Assembly (NCBI GenBank): GCA_950097015.1
Contig: CATNEN010000039.1
Location: forward strand, 16,182,001 to 16,246,000
DNA from: Macrostomum hystrix
Taxonomy: Eukaryota > Animalia > Platyhelminthes
Direction: 5' to 3'
DNA length: 64,000 bases
Positions 12,795 through 24,700 of the stretch are shown piece after piece; positions within the stretch are counted from its first letter, which is position 1, and each line of letters starts with the position of its first letter. Made by a program: the position numbers and the translations under genes. The notes under the pieces are model-generated. The model was not told the origin of the DNA. It ran no database searches and worked only from the letters and a program-made list of their open reading frames with translations.

Positions 12795-15700
12795 TCACTT
12801 CAACATCTTGTTGGCTCTCTTATTGGCCTCTTCAATGCGACTTTGGTTGGACTCGCCCTGTGAAAGAAAATGTGTTCAAATATGGATTACGAATCGTAAT
12901 ATGGTATTTTGACAATAATGCGATAACTATATGGCGGCAGATGGAAAAAAATTAAATGGACACAGGCAAAAAAGAGAAAGACTAGCGGCCACAGACTAGC
13001 AGACAAGGACTAGCGGCCACAGACTAGCAGACAAGGACTAGCGGCCACAGACTAGCAGACAAGTACTAGCGGACACAGGCTAGAAGACAAGGACTAGCGG
13101 ATACAGGCTAGCTGACAAAGACTAGCGGACACAGGCCGAAAAGACGAAGACTAGCGGACAGAGACTAGCGGACACAGCCAAGAAAGACAATGACTAGCAG
13201 ACAAAAGCTAACGGACAAGATCCTGCCGCTTACCTGTTCCCTGATGCGATCCAGTTGACGATTCTGAGAATCCATCTCGCTGCCCATGTCAATGGCCATG
13301 TTGCGCAGGTTGCTAACCATATTGCTAACCTCTTGAAGGTTATTGTCCATTTCGTCTTCGCGAGCATCTTTGGTGATTCTGAATGAAAAGAACGAATTGT
13401 TATGAGATCAAAAAATCTTACAAAATATATGTTATCGTAGCGTAGCAACTCACCTAGTAATGTAGCCACCCTGGGGAGCCATCCCATTATGATCGAGCAC
13501 AACGCGCGGCCCAGTAGTGTTCAATGCGCCATCTTCGTCCTTTTTAAAGTTCTTATCAAACTTTTTCTTGCCGGCTCTGTAGAATTAATATAACAGTTGA
13601 ATCTGGCTATTAAATTACTGTGTTGCTATTTTTAGCATCAACTCACGCACAAACGCACGCGCGCACGTGCTGGGTCAAGGTCAAGGCCGAATCGGGCACG
13701 TGGTGCTGACGTGATAACAAACGTGACAATAGAAAAAGGCCGGGATAGATAAGGAGAAATTAACTTTTCGGAAAGTAATAAAACATATGAAAGCTGGAGA
13801 ATGGAAAAGCAAATCGGCAAAATTTGAAACTTCACAAGGGATTAGTTTTTCCTAGATATTTCTGAATTAAACAAACAGGATCCACGAAGGTAAATCCCTT
13901 GAAATTTTAATTATTTATACTGTTAGAGCAGCGAAAAGTAAGGAAAATAAGAAGAGAATATTGAGGAAAAAACCGAAACTAGGGAAATTATAAATAACAA
14001 AAAATACGAATTTTTGGGAATCTGACCAAAAATGGTGATGTTTACAATGTGAGACATAGAAGAGTTAGCTTTGACACGCTTGACTTTGTAAATCATTAAA
14101 AAACTTCCATTTTGTTTTGTACCAAGCATTCTTAACTCATCCGATAACTAGAGCTTTCATTAACTCTTCCCTACTACCGCCTACTCAAACTGACTCCAGC
14201 ACGCGCTATTTTAGATGAATAATTTAAGCGCATTGAAGCCTTAATAAGTTAGCTAATTTTGTTTCAGGCAGACGTGGATCGATTGCTGCTGACACAAAAA
14301 AGCAAATCAATCCAATTGCGTCCTTTACGACAAGCAGTGACTCAAAAGTACAGAGAATACCACACTCACTCTTATCTGTTGACTGTAATTAACCAAACCC
14401 GCACCCTGACAAATTTCAAGTAAAAACACTAAACCCACACCCTGACAAATGCCCTTGTAAACCACCAAACCCACACCCTGACAAATGCCCTTGTAAACCA
14501 CCAAACCCACACCCTGACAAATGCCCTTGTAAAACACTAACCCTGACAAATGTCCTTGAAAATACCAAACCCATACCCTGACCGAATTCTCAGGTAGTCA
14601 TTAAACTCACCCTAAATTAATATATGTCAATTGCAAAACCCACCCACTAACAAGTGACATGCGAGAACGCCAATAAGAATGTTAGTAGATGACGATACAG
14701 GCAATGGCATATAATTTGGCGAACATCTGTCTAGTAACTAGAACTTACTTATTCCAAGGCAGAATGCAAAGGCCGCAGCACTTGTTTAAGTCGTCCAAAT
14801 TTTTTTCGGCATCTTTCATGTCCTGATTAATCTGGTCCATGCCCTCCTCGATGCGGTCGAGTTGTTCTAAAATTATACATTTTAAGACAGACGTAGAAAG
14901 TCATGGATGTGTTCAAATAGAGATTTAGATGGTTAATTATAATATTAAATATTAGCAAGCAAATACAAATACATTTTATACCAAAAAATCACGAAGGGGA
15001 AATAATAGTCAACAAAAGAACAAGGACGAGACGACAAAGACAATGCGTTGAATTCTCTAAACCATAAAGAAATATCAAAGTCATTCAATAATGAGTGTTT
15101 GCTCTATTCGTAAACCAGAATTCACTTTTCATATTTGTAATTGTTTCACTGTACTTAGAATATTAGTAGTTCGATAGGTTAAAACATAACCTGTCTTTAC
15201 ACATTAATGCAAACTACAGAATATCAATTAGTAATCTATGCTGCCTTTCTGTATGTATTTTTCTAAAGCTGACCTCCTTGATCGTCTAGCATGACAATAG
15301 TGTGAAGACCGGATTCTTTAGCCTAAAAGTACAAAGTAAGAAGTATTACAAAAATGGCATCGCAAAGAACGAAATGCGAAGTTATAAAATTCTTGATAAT
15401 GCAGCGCCATAAAATCTATCAAACTCAAACAGTACACAAGCTACCGAAGCAGACAAACATATTGATAAACTATTCTAATGAACAATATTAAAAAAGTCAC
15501 AACAGCGAAATAATTCTGAAACAATTTTACGCGCAACTTGGTCAAATATCAGCAAAAAATCAATAAATTCAATAATCGATCAATCAATTATTTACAGTCA
15601 ATAAGGATATGGGTGAAACTAAAAATGATCTCTGCTACCAAATGTTCTCAGCCAGTCAATCATTCATATTAACACAGTATTTCTAAGTCTGTGGAGATAA

Positions 15701-18700
15701 TACACTGATAATTTCGTACAATTTAATACTTACCACCCTGATCGTCTAGCATAACAAGTGTTGATATACCAGCCTCCTTAGCCTATAGTAAGTCGTATTT
15801 GCACATAAGCATATATTATCAAGATCGAAAGGAAGTTAAAACATATATCTTATACACAGGTTTTATAAACTGATAATTTTTGTTTTGGCGTGCAGTAAAG
15901 TAAGCGATTGATACTACTGCCCCTTAGACTTTTTAGGACTGACATTGCAAGCTACAAGTTAAGGGATTCAAAGATTTAGTTTTCTCTTAAAAGTACATTT
16001 ACGGCTGGTTTGTAGACAGATTTTATTGAATTAGCTCTAGTTCCGACACAGATGCTTCAGTCAAGGACTGATTTTGTAGCTCTAGTTCCGACAAATGCTT
16101 CATGGACTGATTTTGTAGCTTCAGTTCCGACACAAATGCTTCAAGGACTGATTTTGTAGCTTCAGTTCCGACACAAATGCTTCAAGGACTGATTTCGTAG
16201 CTTCAGTTCCGACACAAATGCTTCAAGGACTGATTTTGTAGCTTCAGTTCCGACACAAATGCTTCAAGGACTGATTTTGTAGCTTCAGTTCCGACACAAA
16301 TGCTTCAAGGACTGATTTTGTAGCTTCAGTTCCGACACAAATGCTTCAAGGACTGATTTTGTAGCTTCAGTTCCGACACAAATGCTTCAAGGACTGATTT
16401 TGTAGCTTCAGTTCCGACACAAATGCTTCAAGGACTGATTTTGTAGCTTCAGTTCCGACACAAATGCTTCAATGACTGATTTTGTAGCTTCAGTTCCGAC
16501 AAATGCTTCATGGACTGATTTTGTAGCTTCAGTTCCGACACAAATGCTTCATGGACGATTTCGTAGCTTCAGTTCCGACACAAATGCTTCATGGACGATT
16601 TCGTAGCTTAAGTTCCGACACAAATGCTTCAAGGACTGATTTTGTAGCTTCAGTTCCGACACAAATGCTTCAAGGACTGATTTTGTAGCTTCAGTTCCGA
16701 CACAAATGCTTCAAGGACTGATTTTGTAGCTCTAGTTCCGACAAATGCTTCAAGGACTGATTTTGTAGCTTCAGTTCCGACACAAATGCTTCAAGGACTG
16801 ATTTTGTAGCTTCAGTTCCGACACAAATGCTTCAAGGACTGATTTTGTAGCTCTAGTTCCGACAAATGCTTCAAGGACTGATTTTGTAGCTTCAGTTCCG
16901 ACACAAATGCTTCATGGACTGGTTTCGTAGCTTCAGTTCCGACACAAATGCTTCATGGACTGGTTTCGTAGCTTCAGTTCCGACACAAATGCTTCATGGA
17001 CTGGTTTTGTAGCTTCAGTTCCGACACAAATGCTTCAAGGACTGATTTTGTAGCTTCAGTTCCGACACAAATGCTTCATGGACTGATTTTGTTGCTGATT
17101 TTGAAGTTTCGTCAGAAATACTACAAGGTGATTTTTTAGCTCTAGTTCTGATACCAAACTTATATTTTTAAAAGTAATTAGTCAGTTTTAAATCGGAATT
17201 AAAAAATTACAAAGAATTTATAAAGAGCAGAAACGCTTTTTTGGTCAAGGTGAAGCAAATAGTGACAGGATAGTACCAGCACATACTTTAGCAGAAGCGG
17301 CAGAAGCACTGTAATTCTTAGAACGCTAAAAATATCTCGTTTTAAGCTGGTGTCTTTTGTTAAAAACATTAAGTTAAAATATGTTGCTGGCAGACTCTTG
17401 TGATGTCGAAATCTTCATTAGCTGACGCAAACCTATTTTTCACTAAAACTCATAAATACAACTCAAAAAGGTTTTCTAAATGGATATTTATAACGAAATA
17501 GGCCCCTTAAAAAACAATTAAGATTACCGCCTTGCATCCATAGACTATGCATCCATATTATGAAAAAAATGGATAAAATACTTTAAATACAGATGATAAG
17601 CTCAATAAACTAAGCGATTCTGATATACTAACGTAAGAAAGCTGGTTGTTAATAGTGTTGCAAATAATTTGAGAAAGGAAACAGAAATTAAGATGCTAAA
17701 TAATGCTATTATAATCGCTTAATATAAAAATTTTGAAATGTAAGGAAAATATGCACGTTTTAGCTAGCATTAGTAATAGAAAAACACTTAGTTATTGCGC
17801 CAAAATTCGAAAGTAAAAACTAACTTACCTCTTCACAAAGTGTCATCATGCGCCTTGTCGACTCCAAAGACTAAAAGAAATAAGTAAAAATAGTGATTTA
17901 TAATTTTAGAATGAAACTAGCGCATAAATTAAAGTACTCGCAACCTATTTACCATTCAATAAGATGCACGTTTTTCCAGATGGCCCCCTTCTCCCCCCAC
18001 CAGTCCATGGACTGAATAAGTTGTACACAGCCTATGGATGCGCTATACAATAACTGCGGCTGTGCCACTGACATAAAAGGGCAAATGTTTTTTCTATCAA
18101 TCTTCTTTACTCAACACTAGGGGGGCAATAATAAGTTCACAACAAAATTTGATTTTAAAAGCATTCAGTAAAAAAAGCATCGGTTTCTAGTACCGAGTTG
18201 AAACTTATATTGTGAAGATTAAATTTACGACCCAGCTATTTGACAGAGTAAAGATTGAAAGAATCAGATTTGGGCGGGGCAAAGGGTCCTGGGCGCAGGA
18301 TAATATAGCAATCACTTGGGAGTAGATTGACTAGTGATTGCTACCTGAGTATACATTACCTAAACCTAATTTCAAATATGGCTAAGGGAAATGACGTCTA
18401 AGAAGCTAGTCTTAAAAAACGAAGCGCTAATGAGGGATTTATTATATTGATACTAATGTTGATAAATAACGAGTAAAAGCTTTAAAAAATGGTTTTTACG
18501 ATGCCCAATCTTACATAGCTGACACCACGATCAATTTCTAAGAAAAGCTCTTGCGTCTCAGTCAGAGGCAAAGGTTCTCCATTAGAGTCCTTGGGTCTGG
18601 ACGAGGCAGTTGATGATTGAATAAATGACGAATTAATTGGACCATATCTACGAGTACTGGCCATGACTTTTGTTTAATTAATAAGGAAGTAAATTTTACA

Positions 18701-20217
18701 ATTTAAACATTAATCTAGATCGTTGAATAAGGAACACTTAAGTCGGGAGTTTAATTTTGGCTTCCACAAACACAGAAATTTGTAGACAAGTCCGCTAAAT
18801 TTGAATTGGATGATAGTTACTAGCCAATAGGAATAGGAGAGTCAGGATAATAATTAGACTCTAATAGACAGAAAATCATAATCCTTTCTTAAACTCATAC
18901 GTGTATCAGGTACAAGGACGTCGCTGTGTTAATTAGAATAAAAAACTATACTTGAAAATTAATTAATTTCCAGAAATCAAACCCCGTAGAGTTAGCTGTG
19001 TAAGCTTTAAGCACTCATTTAAGGGAAAAAAATAATTTTTAACTGGTAATAATTTTATATAAGGCTTCTTCTAACTTCTGCTTGTCAAAGGACAGATTGA
19101 GCTAGACTGTCCAAAGAGGCGGGGGAAACTCGTTTAAATCTATTAATTTAAAAGACGGGTGTATTAGATGCAAGCTAAAATTAGACACAATGATCATGCA
19201 TATTGGCGTGACTGGTTAAAACGACAGCAAGAATTCAATAACAATAATAATACATCTATGTGATGAATAAATTATAAAGTTACGTCGCCTATATTTATTC
19301 TTCGATTTGAAGAAAAACAGGCCGAACTAAATGAGATTTGCTTTCTTATTTTCTAGTTCGAGTCTACAACTATTCTACTAATAGTAGGATGTGTATAATC
19401 TAATCTTAAAATCTACTAAACTTGCTTGAAATCCATCCGATAGGAAACTGAACGATATTCTAGAAACAGGTCATTGAAGCTTTATGGTATATTTAATAGT
19501 TCTGGCCGAAGTTCTGATTTTCAGCATTTTTAAGAGCTAGTGTATTTCATACACCCCTATACACGAATTAGCATTGTACCTCAGTGCGGCCTTGCCAGGC
19601 CTTCAAAATTTATCAGCATATCACTCGAATGTGCCTGCATCATCTCCGTCTTCGGTAGTCACCTACCTCTAGACGGACTGCTGGACCTTCAAGGGTACAC
19701 TAGGTTGAACTAGGCCACCATGGACAAATTTCTCCAATATCACGGATCAAGCCTAAATATTAGGAGCAGCTCAAACACAGGGCACCATCGCCTAGTCTGT
19801 CAAACAGTCAGTCACCACCCAACGCTGGCGCTGCCGAAAAAATTCAGGAGGGAAACCCCTTGGTATAAAAACCAAGTACTTACTAGTACTACTATTTATG
19901 CGAGAACGAAGTCCCAAACTTTGAAAGAAAAATCTAAGCTTAATTTACAGCGCATCCAAAGATGTATATGGACAGGTTGGTGTGGCACGGAATTTAGGTA
20001 TCTTGCGAAAGAACACTATTTTTACCCAAGGCTGAAATTCGAACTAAAGACCTCACAGTTTGTAGAACAATAGCTTTTTAATACATTTTTTAAATTAAAT
20101 TAATGACAAAAAATATAACTAAGCACTCACCTCATCAGTCTTCTGATTCATTAGAATATGAATTTCTTCCAGCTCTGTCTTAGGGACATCCTGGGGCTGA
20201 TTTGCACTCTGTGCCAT
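12795..20217 (-). CDS. SNAP25: SNAP-25 Qbc-SNARE; exons 20217-20131 (or 18664-18515), 17870-17829, 15782-15734 or 15322-15274, 14866-14749, 13576-13454, 13378-13234, 12857-12795
   Basis: [49 protein letters not shown] cysteine cluster, [34 protein letters not shown]; exon sizes 42/49/118/145. Confidence 0.95.
12975..13205. repeat. Degenerate gactagc-based minisatellite in last SNAP-25 intron
   Basis: Repeated gactagcggccacagactagcagacaag. Confidence 0.85.
14390..14590. repeat. 36-bp short tandem array
   Basis: aaacccacaccctgacaaatgcccttgtaaaccacc, about 5 units. Confidence 0.85.
15274..15322 (-). CDS. SNAP25: SNAP-25 mutually exclusive exon B ([16 protein letters not shown])
   Basis: 49 nt, TTTTAG acceptor and GTCAGC donor, paralogous to exon A. 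Confidence 0.85.
15734..15782 (-). CDS. SNAP25: SNAP-25 mutually exclusive exon A ([16 protein letters not shown])
   Basis: 49 nt, TAG acceptor and GTAAGT donor. Confidence 0.9.
16030..17095. repeat. 41-bp minisatellite tcaaggactgattttgtagcttcagttccgacacaaatgct
   Basis: About 26 units in a SNAP-25 intron. Confidence 0.97.
18515..18664 (-). CDS. SNAP25: Alternative first coding exon of SNAP-25 (50 aa)
   Basis: ATG preceded by an in-frame TAA; phase-0 donor GTAAGA at 18514; its last 18 aa align without gaps to the last 18 aa of exon 1. Confidence 0.65.
19490..19860 (+). mobile_element. Diverged copy of the dispersed TIR element also found at 51482-52002
   Basis: Colinear matches (cctcagtgc.gccttg.caggccttcaaaa, gaatgtgcctgcatcatctc, tctagacgga, gatcaagcct, cagtcaccaccc) to the reverse complement of 51490-51850. 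Confidence 0.75.
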
Positions 20218-22011
20218 TTGTTTTTTAATAAGCGAATTGGAACTGAAACTAAAAGCTGAAAAGTATTAGGCGAAGAGCAAGAACAGTCAAGGACAAATTT
20301 ATTTATCAAAATAAATAAATAACTAACAGGAAGTTGCTAAGATTAAAAAATATTTTGTCAAAGTAGTACAAAAAAGACTACAATTTTAGGTTATTTCTAC
20401 ATACATTAATATTATGCAGAATCTTACAGTCTTATAGAATGCTGAAATCAAATCAAACTTGTAAATTTCTATGCAATTATATGCAGTTATTAGATAATTA
20501 TGTAATTCTTACTAACAAAACATAACCATCCACAAATCAACCAGGGTTTTTATGCAATTGGGTGCCCTAATGGAGCGAATTTAAAAAAGCTGCGGACACT
20601 CCTGCTAGGCGCGCAGATGGTTTCAAGAAAAAGGAGCACAAATGCCCAATTGCTATATATCTTCAGTCTGACTCAATGTAGTGATTGATTTTGTGAAAAA
20701 ATGTCAAAAGAGCTTTTTTTATTTCTCCTTAGTGTATTTCTAAATATAGAACAGCTACATGGTGATTTGGCAAAATATGGACGCATATACCAAATGACAT
20801 TCTTTTTCATATATGTAATGTATTTCTATAATTACAACAGCTAAGGTTGTCTTTTCGCACTCGGGCACTGTGGAGCATGTAGTTGTGTTTGCGAATAAAT
20901 GTGCACCCCTCCATCAAAAAATTTCTATAACTGTGCCCGGCTAGAATGGCACCTAAATGTACATGTAAGTTTATTTTAATATGTAAATGTATACCTAAGC
21001 GAACAATAGCATGGATGTATGGCACGGGTGCACACTGCTATATCATGTGCACCTACATGTACATTTAAATGTATTTTATAATGTGTCGTAATGTACATAT
21101 ATTTAAACACACAAGGTGTGAGTACAGAGGCACTGGCATTCACTACTAGCATCGCATCTACATGTACTTGTACATGCAAATGTATTACAAAATATAAATT
21201 TATAAAGAACACAAGATGTTAGTGTAAGGGGACAAGGGTAAGGGGGCTTATTTGTTATAGATAAGCATACTTCGACAAATTTATGCACACAGGGCGCGGC
21301 TGCACAGACAGAAATTTCTTTTTGTGCAGCCACAGAGGCAATTTTTCACAAGCATGTCGGATGCTGTCTGCGAAAACCCCTATTGGCTCCAATAGGGATT
21401 GGGTGCAAATTGCAACCAAAAGTCCTGACTTGCAAACAATTTTAAACATTAAATACAAATATTGTATCTATTTTTTTCAATGCTATGTGCACATGTAAAT
21501 GCATTTTTACATTTTTACAGCTTTTACATTTTTAAGCCAACATGTTTTTGAAGTTACAAAATGTGGTTTCAAAATTTATAAAATACCAACTTTAAAAGGC
21601 ACTTTCTACATTTTTGTGCACTAGCTTAAGGTTTTCTAAATTACTAAATTTCTAAAAACACTTCCTAATTTAGAACGGATACCTATATGCTAGGTTGAAG
21701 GAACATTGGTTAAAACAATCTGCTATTCAAGACCATCTGATAGTTAATAAACAGTGCTGTGATAGCTCTTAACTATTGAACACTAAAAAATTATCAATCA
21801 GTGATTTTTTACTAAGAATACAAGAATCTATGTACATAAAAAATTACAGACCTAGTCTTGAAATTCAACTGCAACACAATGGTATAAGCCACTTAGCCTG
21901 ATGATGAGCAATGTAGTTAAAATGCAATGCAAACCAAAAAGTGATTTTGACATTTTTTACTTTACCAACTTAAAAAGGAAATAAAAATAGCTCCTTATAT
22001 GGTATTAGACC

Positions 22012-22239
22012 AGGGGGTCGGTGGCAGAGCGGTTAACGCGTTTGAAACTGGCACCACAGTCCCTAAGTTTGATTCCATGGTGAGGCCACATTTATTTGGG
22101 GGCGCAGCCACGGAGAGAAGACTTAAGGGCTTGTCGTGCAATTTACGCCCTTGAGGGCCAACCTCCAAGGCACAGTTCGAGTGTACACTGCCTGACGATG
22201 AGAAAGTCAGGGCAGATGTACACACCTGTATGAGCATAT
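22012..22239 (+). mobile_element. tRNA-derived SINE, 5' half of a split copy
   Basis: A box tggcagagcgg, degenerate B box agtttgattcc; 12-bp TSD tggtattagacc at 22000-22011 and 24701-24712. Confidence 0.85.
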
Positions 22240-24573
22240 GGGTGTTTCTCAAAAACGTGTCATTTTTTTAACAAAAAATGTCCAATGAAAAATTTGTGCT
22301 TTAAATTCTTTTTAGAGCTAAATCTTTGTGTATAAATTGAATCTATAATATCTAATAAGTGTAATTTGCATAAACTTTGATAAAATGTGTTCACCAAAAC
22401 ATGACTGAATGTTAAACACTATGCTATATACATTTTTTTACTTTTATTCACATTGTTCTATGTCTTAAATGTTTATTTCTTTCTGTGCAACACTTTCTTA
22501 GCAAGTTCTTTTCTCTCGTTTTATCTGGTTGCTAGTAATATAGAAGATTTTGTATGTCCACCAAACTCTATGTCATTGGAGCGACGCCATATGAAGTCAT
22601 ACTGTTCAGTGAATAACTTTGGTACCATCTGTGCTTTTGCTGTGTTTTATGTGTCAAATGATCAGTATTTAGGCTTGCTGTTTGACTATTCCTTCCCAGG
22701 TTACTGTTCTATCTTGAATAGTTTGCCACTTCATTTGAATCAATATATACGCATTTCACTAAGCAGTTTTTGTCATTGTGGCGATGCCACAAGAAAGTAA
22801 AGTTGCACTAGTTCTGCTAATTGATAGAAATTGCAACTACATTTGTTTTGCTTGTCAGACAAATACCTCTCTGATGACATGTGGCACTTGAACCTTGTGC
22901 CTAATGACTTACCATTAGAAGAATAAAATATCAGTTTTTGTCATTGGAGTGATGCTGGCCACAAACGTTGCCACAATGACAAGGATTTTTAAGCTATGAA
23001 TTGGAACACTTACATGGTATGTAGGATGTACATCAGTGAAATCTTTGTAAGGATGACAAAATCCAAGAGTTCCCAGGCTCCATTTCAGCTCCATTGAAAT
23101 CGTGATAGCATGCCTGAAGATTAAGCTAAAAAACGGCTCCGCCAAAAGGCCTACTGCGACAACAAAAATCAGGACCAGGCATGGCTAGAGAAGCGGCAAG
23201 CAACGAACCTTGCCAGTTACCACCGCAAAAGTGAGAAGCTCACTGCTCGTGAGAAGTGCCAGAGGCGCAGCACGTGGCGCAAGGCACAGGCCAGTTCGCA
23301 CATGCTACGCCATGCCCACACAAGCCCTGAGCTTCCCAAGCCTGGCCCTGAGCTTCATCACCTGTCAGAGCCTGATATTGAAATAGCAGAGCCTGATGTT
23401 GAGATACTTGAGACTTATGATGTTGTTGAACTTTAACTGGATGTTGAGACACCAGCACCAGATGAACATATGGAGACAGAGAGCACCCCTCGTGGACGCC
23501 AGCTGGCACCACATGCGTGGCCAGTGTAACCAGATATCCAAGTTGGATCAGTGACCAGCCTCGGGGCAACATCAGCTGCTTCTCTTGCGGCACGCCGCCG
23601 TGAAACTCAGCAAGCGAATGAAAGGCGCCACAAAGTTCAGGCTGAACTGAACAAATGGAAGCGGGCCTACTGGCGTGTATGCATGTGGCAGCGCCGAGAG
23701 GCATCAAAGGTAGGTGATTTCATTTTTTACAGCACTTAACTTGGATAACAAACGTGGCGACTATGGATAAATTTTGTCTAAAAAGTAATTTAAATTCAGC
23801 ATAACTAAACACATTTGCTTCTAAAGGTGGTCAGTCAACGGAAGGGCAAGTGTTGGCTTGGTTCAGGGGTCGTCGCACCACCTCTATAGCCTCTGTCACA
23901 GATTCAACCTGGGGCCAATGTAGTCTCAGAAAAGCATCTCCATATTGCGGAGTTCCTCTGCCGGGACGACAACTCGCAAATTGCAGCAGACACAAAGGCA
24001 ACAGTCACACGCCACAAGGAGAAGCGCCAGAAGCGCTATCTGTACTTCACCATCTCGGCTCTTTATGAGAAGTATGTTGTGGAGCACGACACCAGTAAAC
24101 CTGTGCCCAGCAGAGCCACTTTCTATCGGGTTTGAACCCAGCACTGCTGGCATGTGCGTGTACCACGGCTTAACTGCAGTGGCTACTGCCTGTGCATGCT
24201 GTGCACCAACACTCAGGTTGGTCTCATCTGCTACATACATGTATCTGTATATTTTAATGGTGTATTATTGTCACCAAACATTATACACATTACGATAATC
24301 ATGTACAAATTGCATTTTGATTCAGCTCATGGCCGATGGGCTGTTTTTGTGCCAGCTAATTCACTCTCGTGACATAGAGCTTGTGATTGAACAGATCGTT
24401 TGCAGCAGAAGTGAATATAGCTGCATGCTACACAAGTGCAACACATGTGCCAACAAGTCCTTCTGCGATGATGCCGATGATCCACTAAATAATGAGCAGC
24501 TGGCAAAGCATGTTAACTACAGTCAGTGGATGCAGGTTACGAATGAGAAAGGGTCATCAGTGACGATGTGTGT
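22240..24573 (+). pseudogene. Truncated Sola-like DNA transposon with decayed, intron-containing transposase, inserted into the SINE
   Basis: 23941-24134 reads FLCRDDNSQ..DTKATVTRHKEKRQKRYL..TISALYEKY..SRATFYRV*, then CLCMLCTN, an intron, and VC..CMLHKCNTC..VNYSQW; ATAT flanks both sides; family assignment from recalled motif similarity. Confidence 0.6.
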
Positions 24574-24700
24574 ATATGCCTGCGTACGGTATCTGTGTGC
24601 GTGTGTGCTCAGGAGTCAGCGAAATAGGCAGAATTGCCTTCTTGCTGGCTGCGGGTCTAGCCTGCAGCCCTCCTGCAATTATTATTATTATTACTAGGCC
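24574..24700 (+). mobile_element. tRNA-derived SINE, 3' half with (ATT)n tail
   Basis: gtgtgctcaggagtcagcgaaa...cagccctcctgcaattattatt matches other copies and is followed by the TSD. Confidence 0.85.

Noticed and set aside
16030-17095. CRISPR-like appearance of the 23-49-bp repeats
   Set aside because: Units are head-to-tail with no unique spacers; no cas genes; eukaryotic context
22181-22223. Hammerhead ribozyme in the SINE (CTGACGA...GAAA)
   Set aside because: Only 3 nt separate the motifs, so there is no helix II; CTGAC pairs with GTCAG in a simple hairpin; the downstream GAAA lacks a valid helix III and cleavage site
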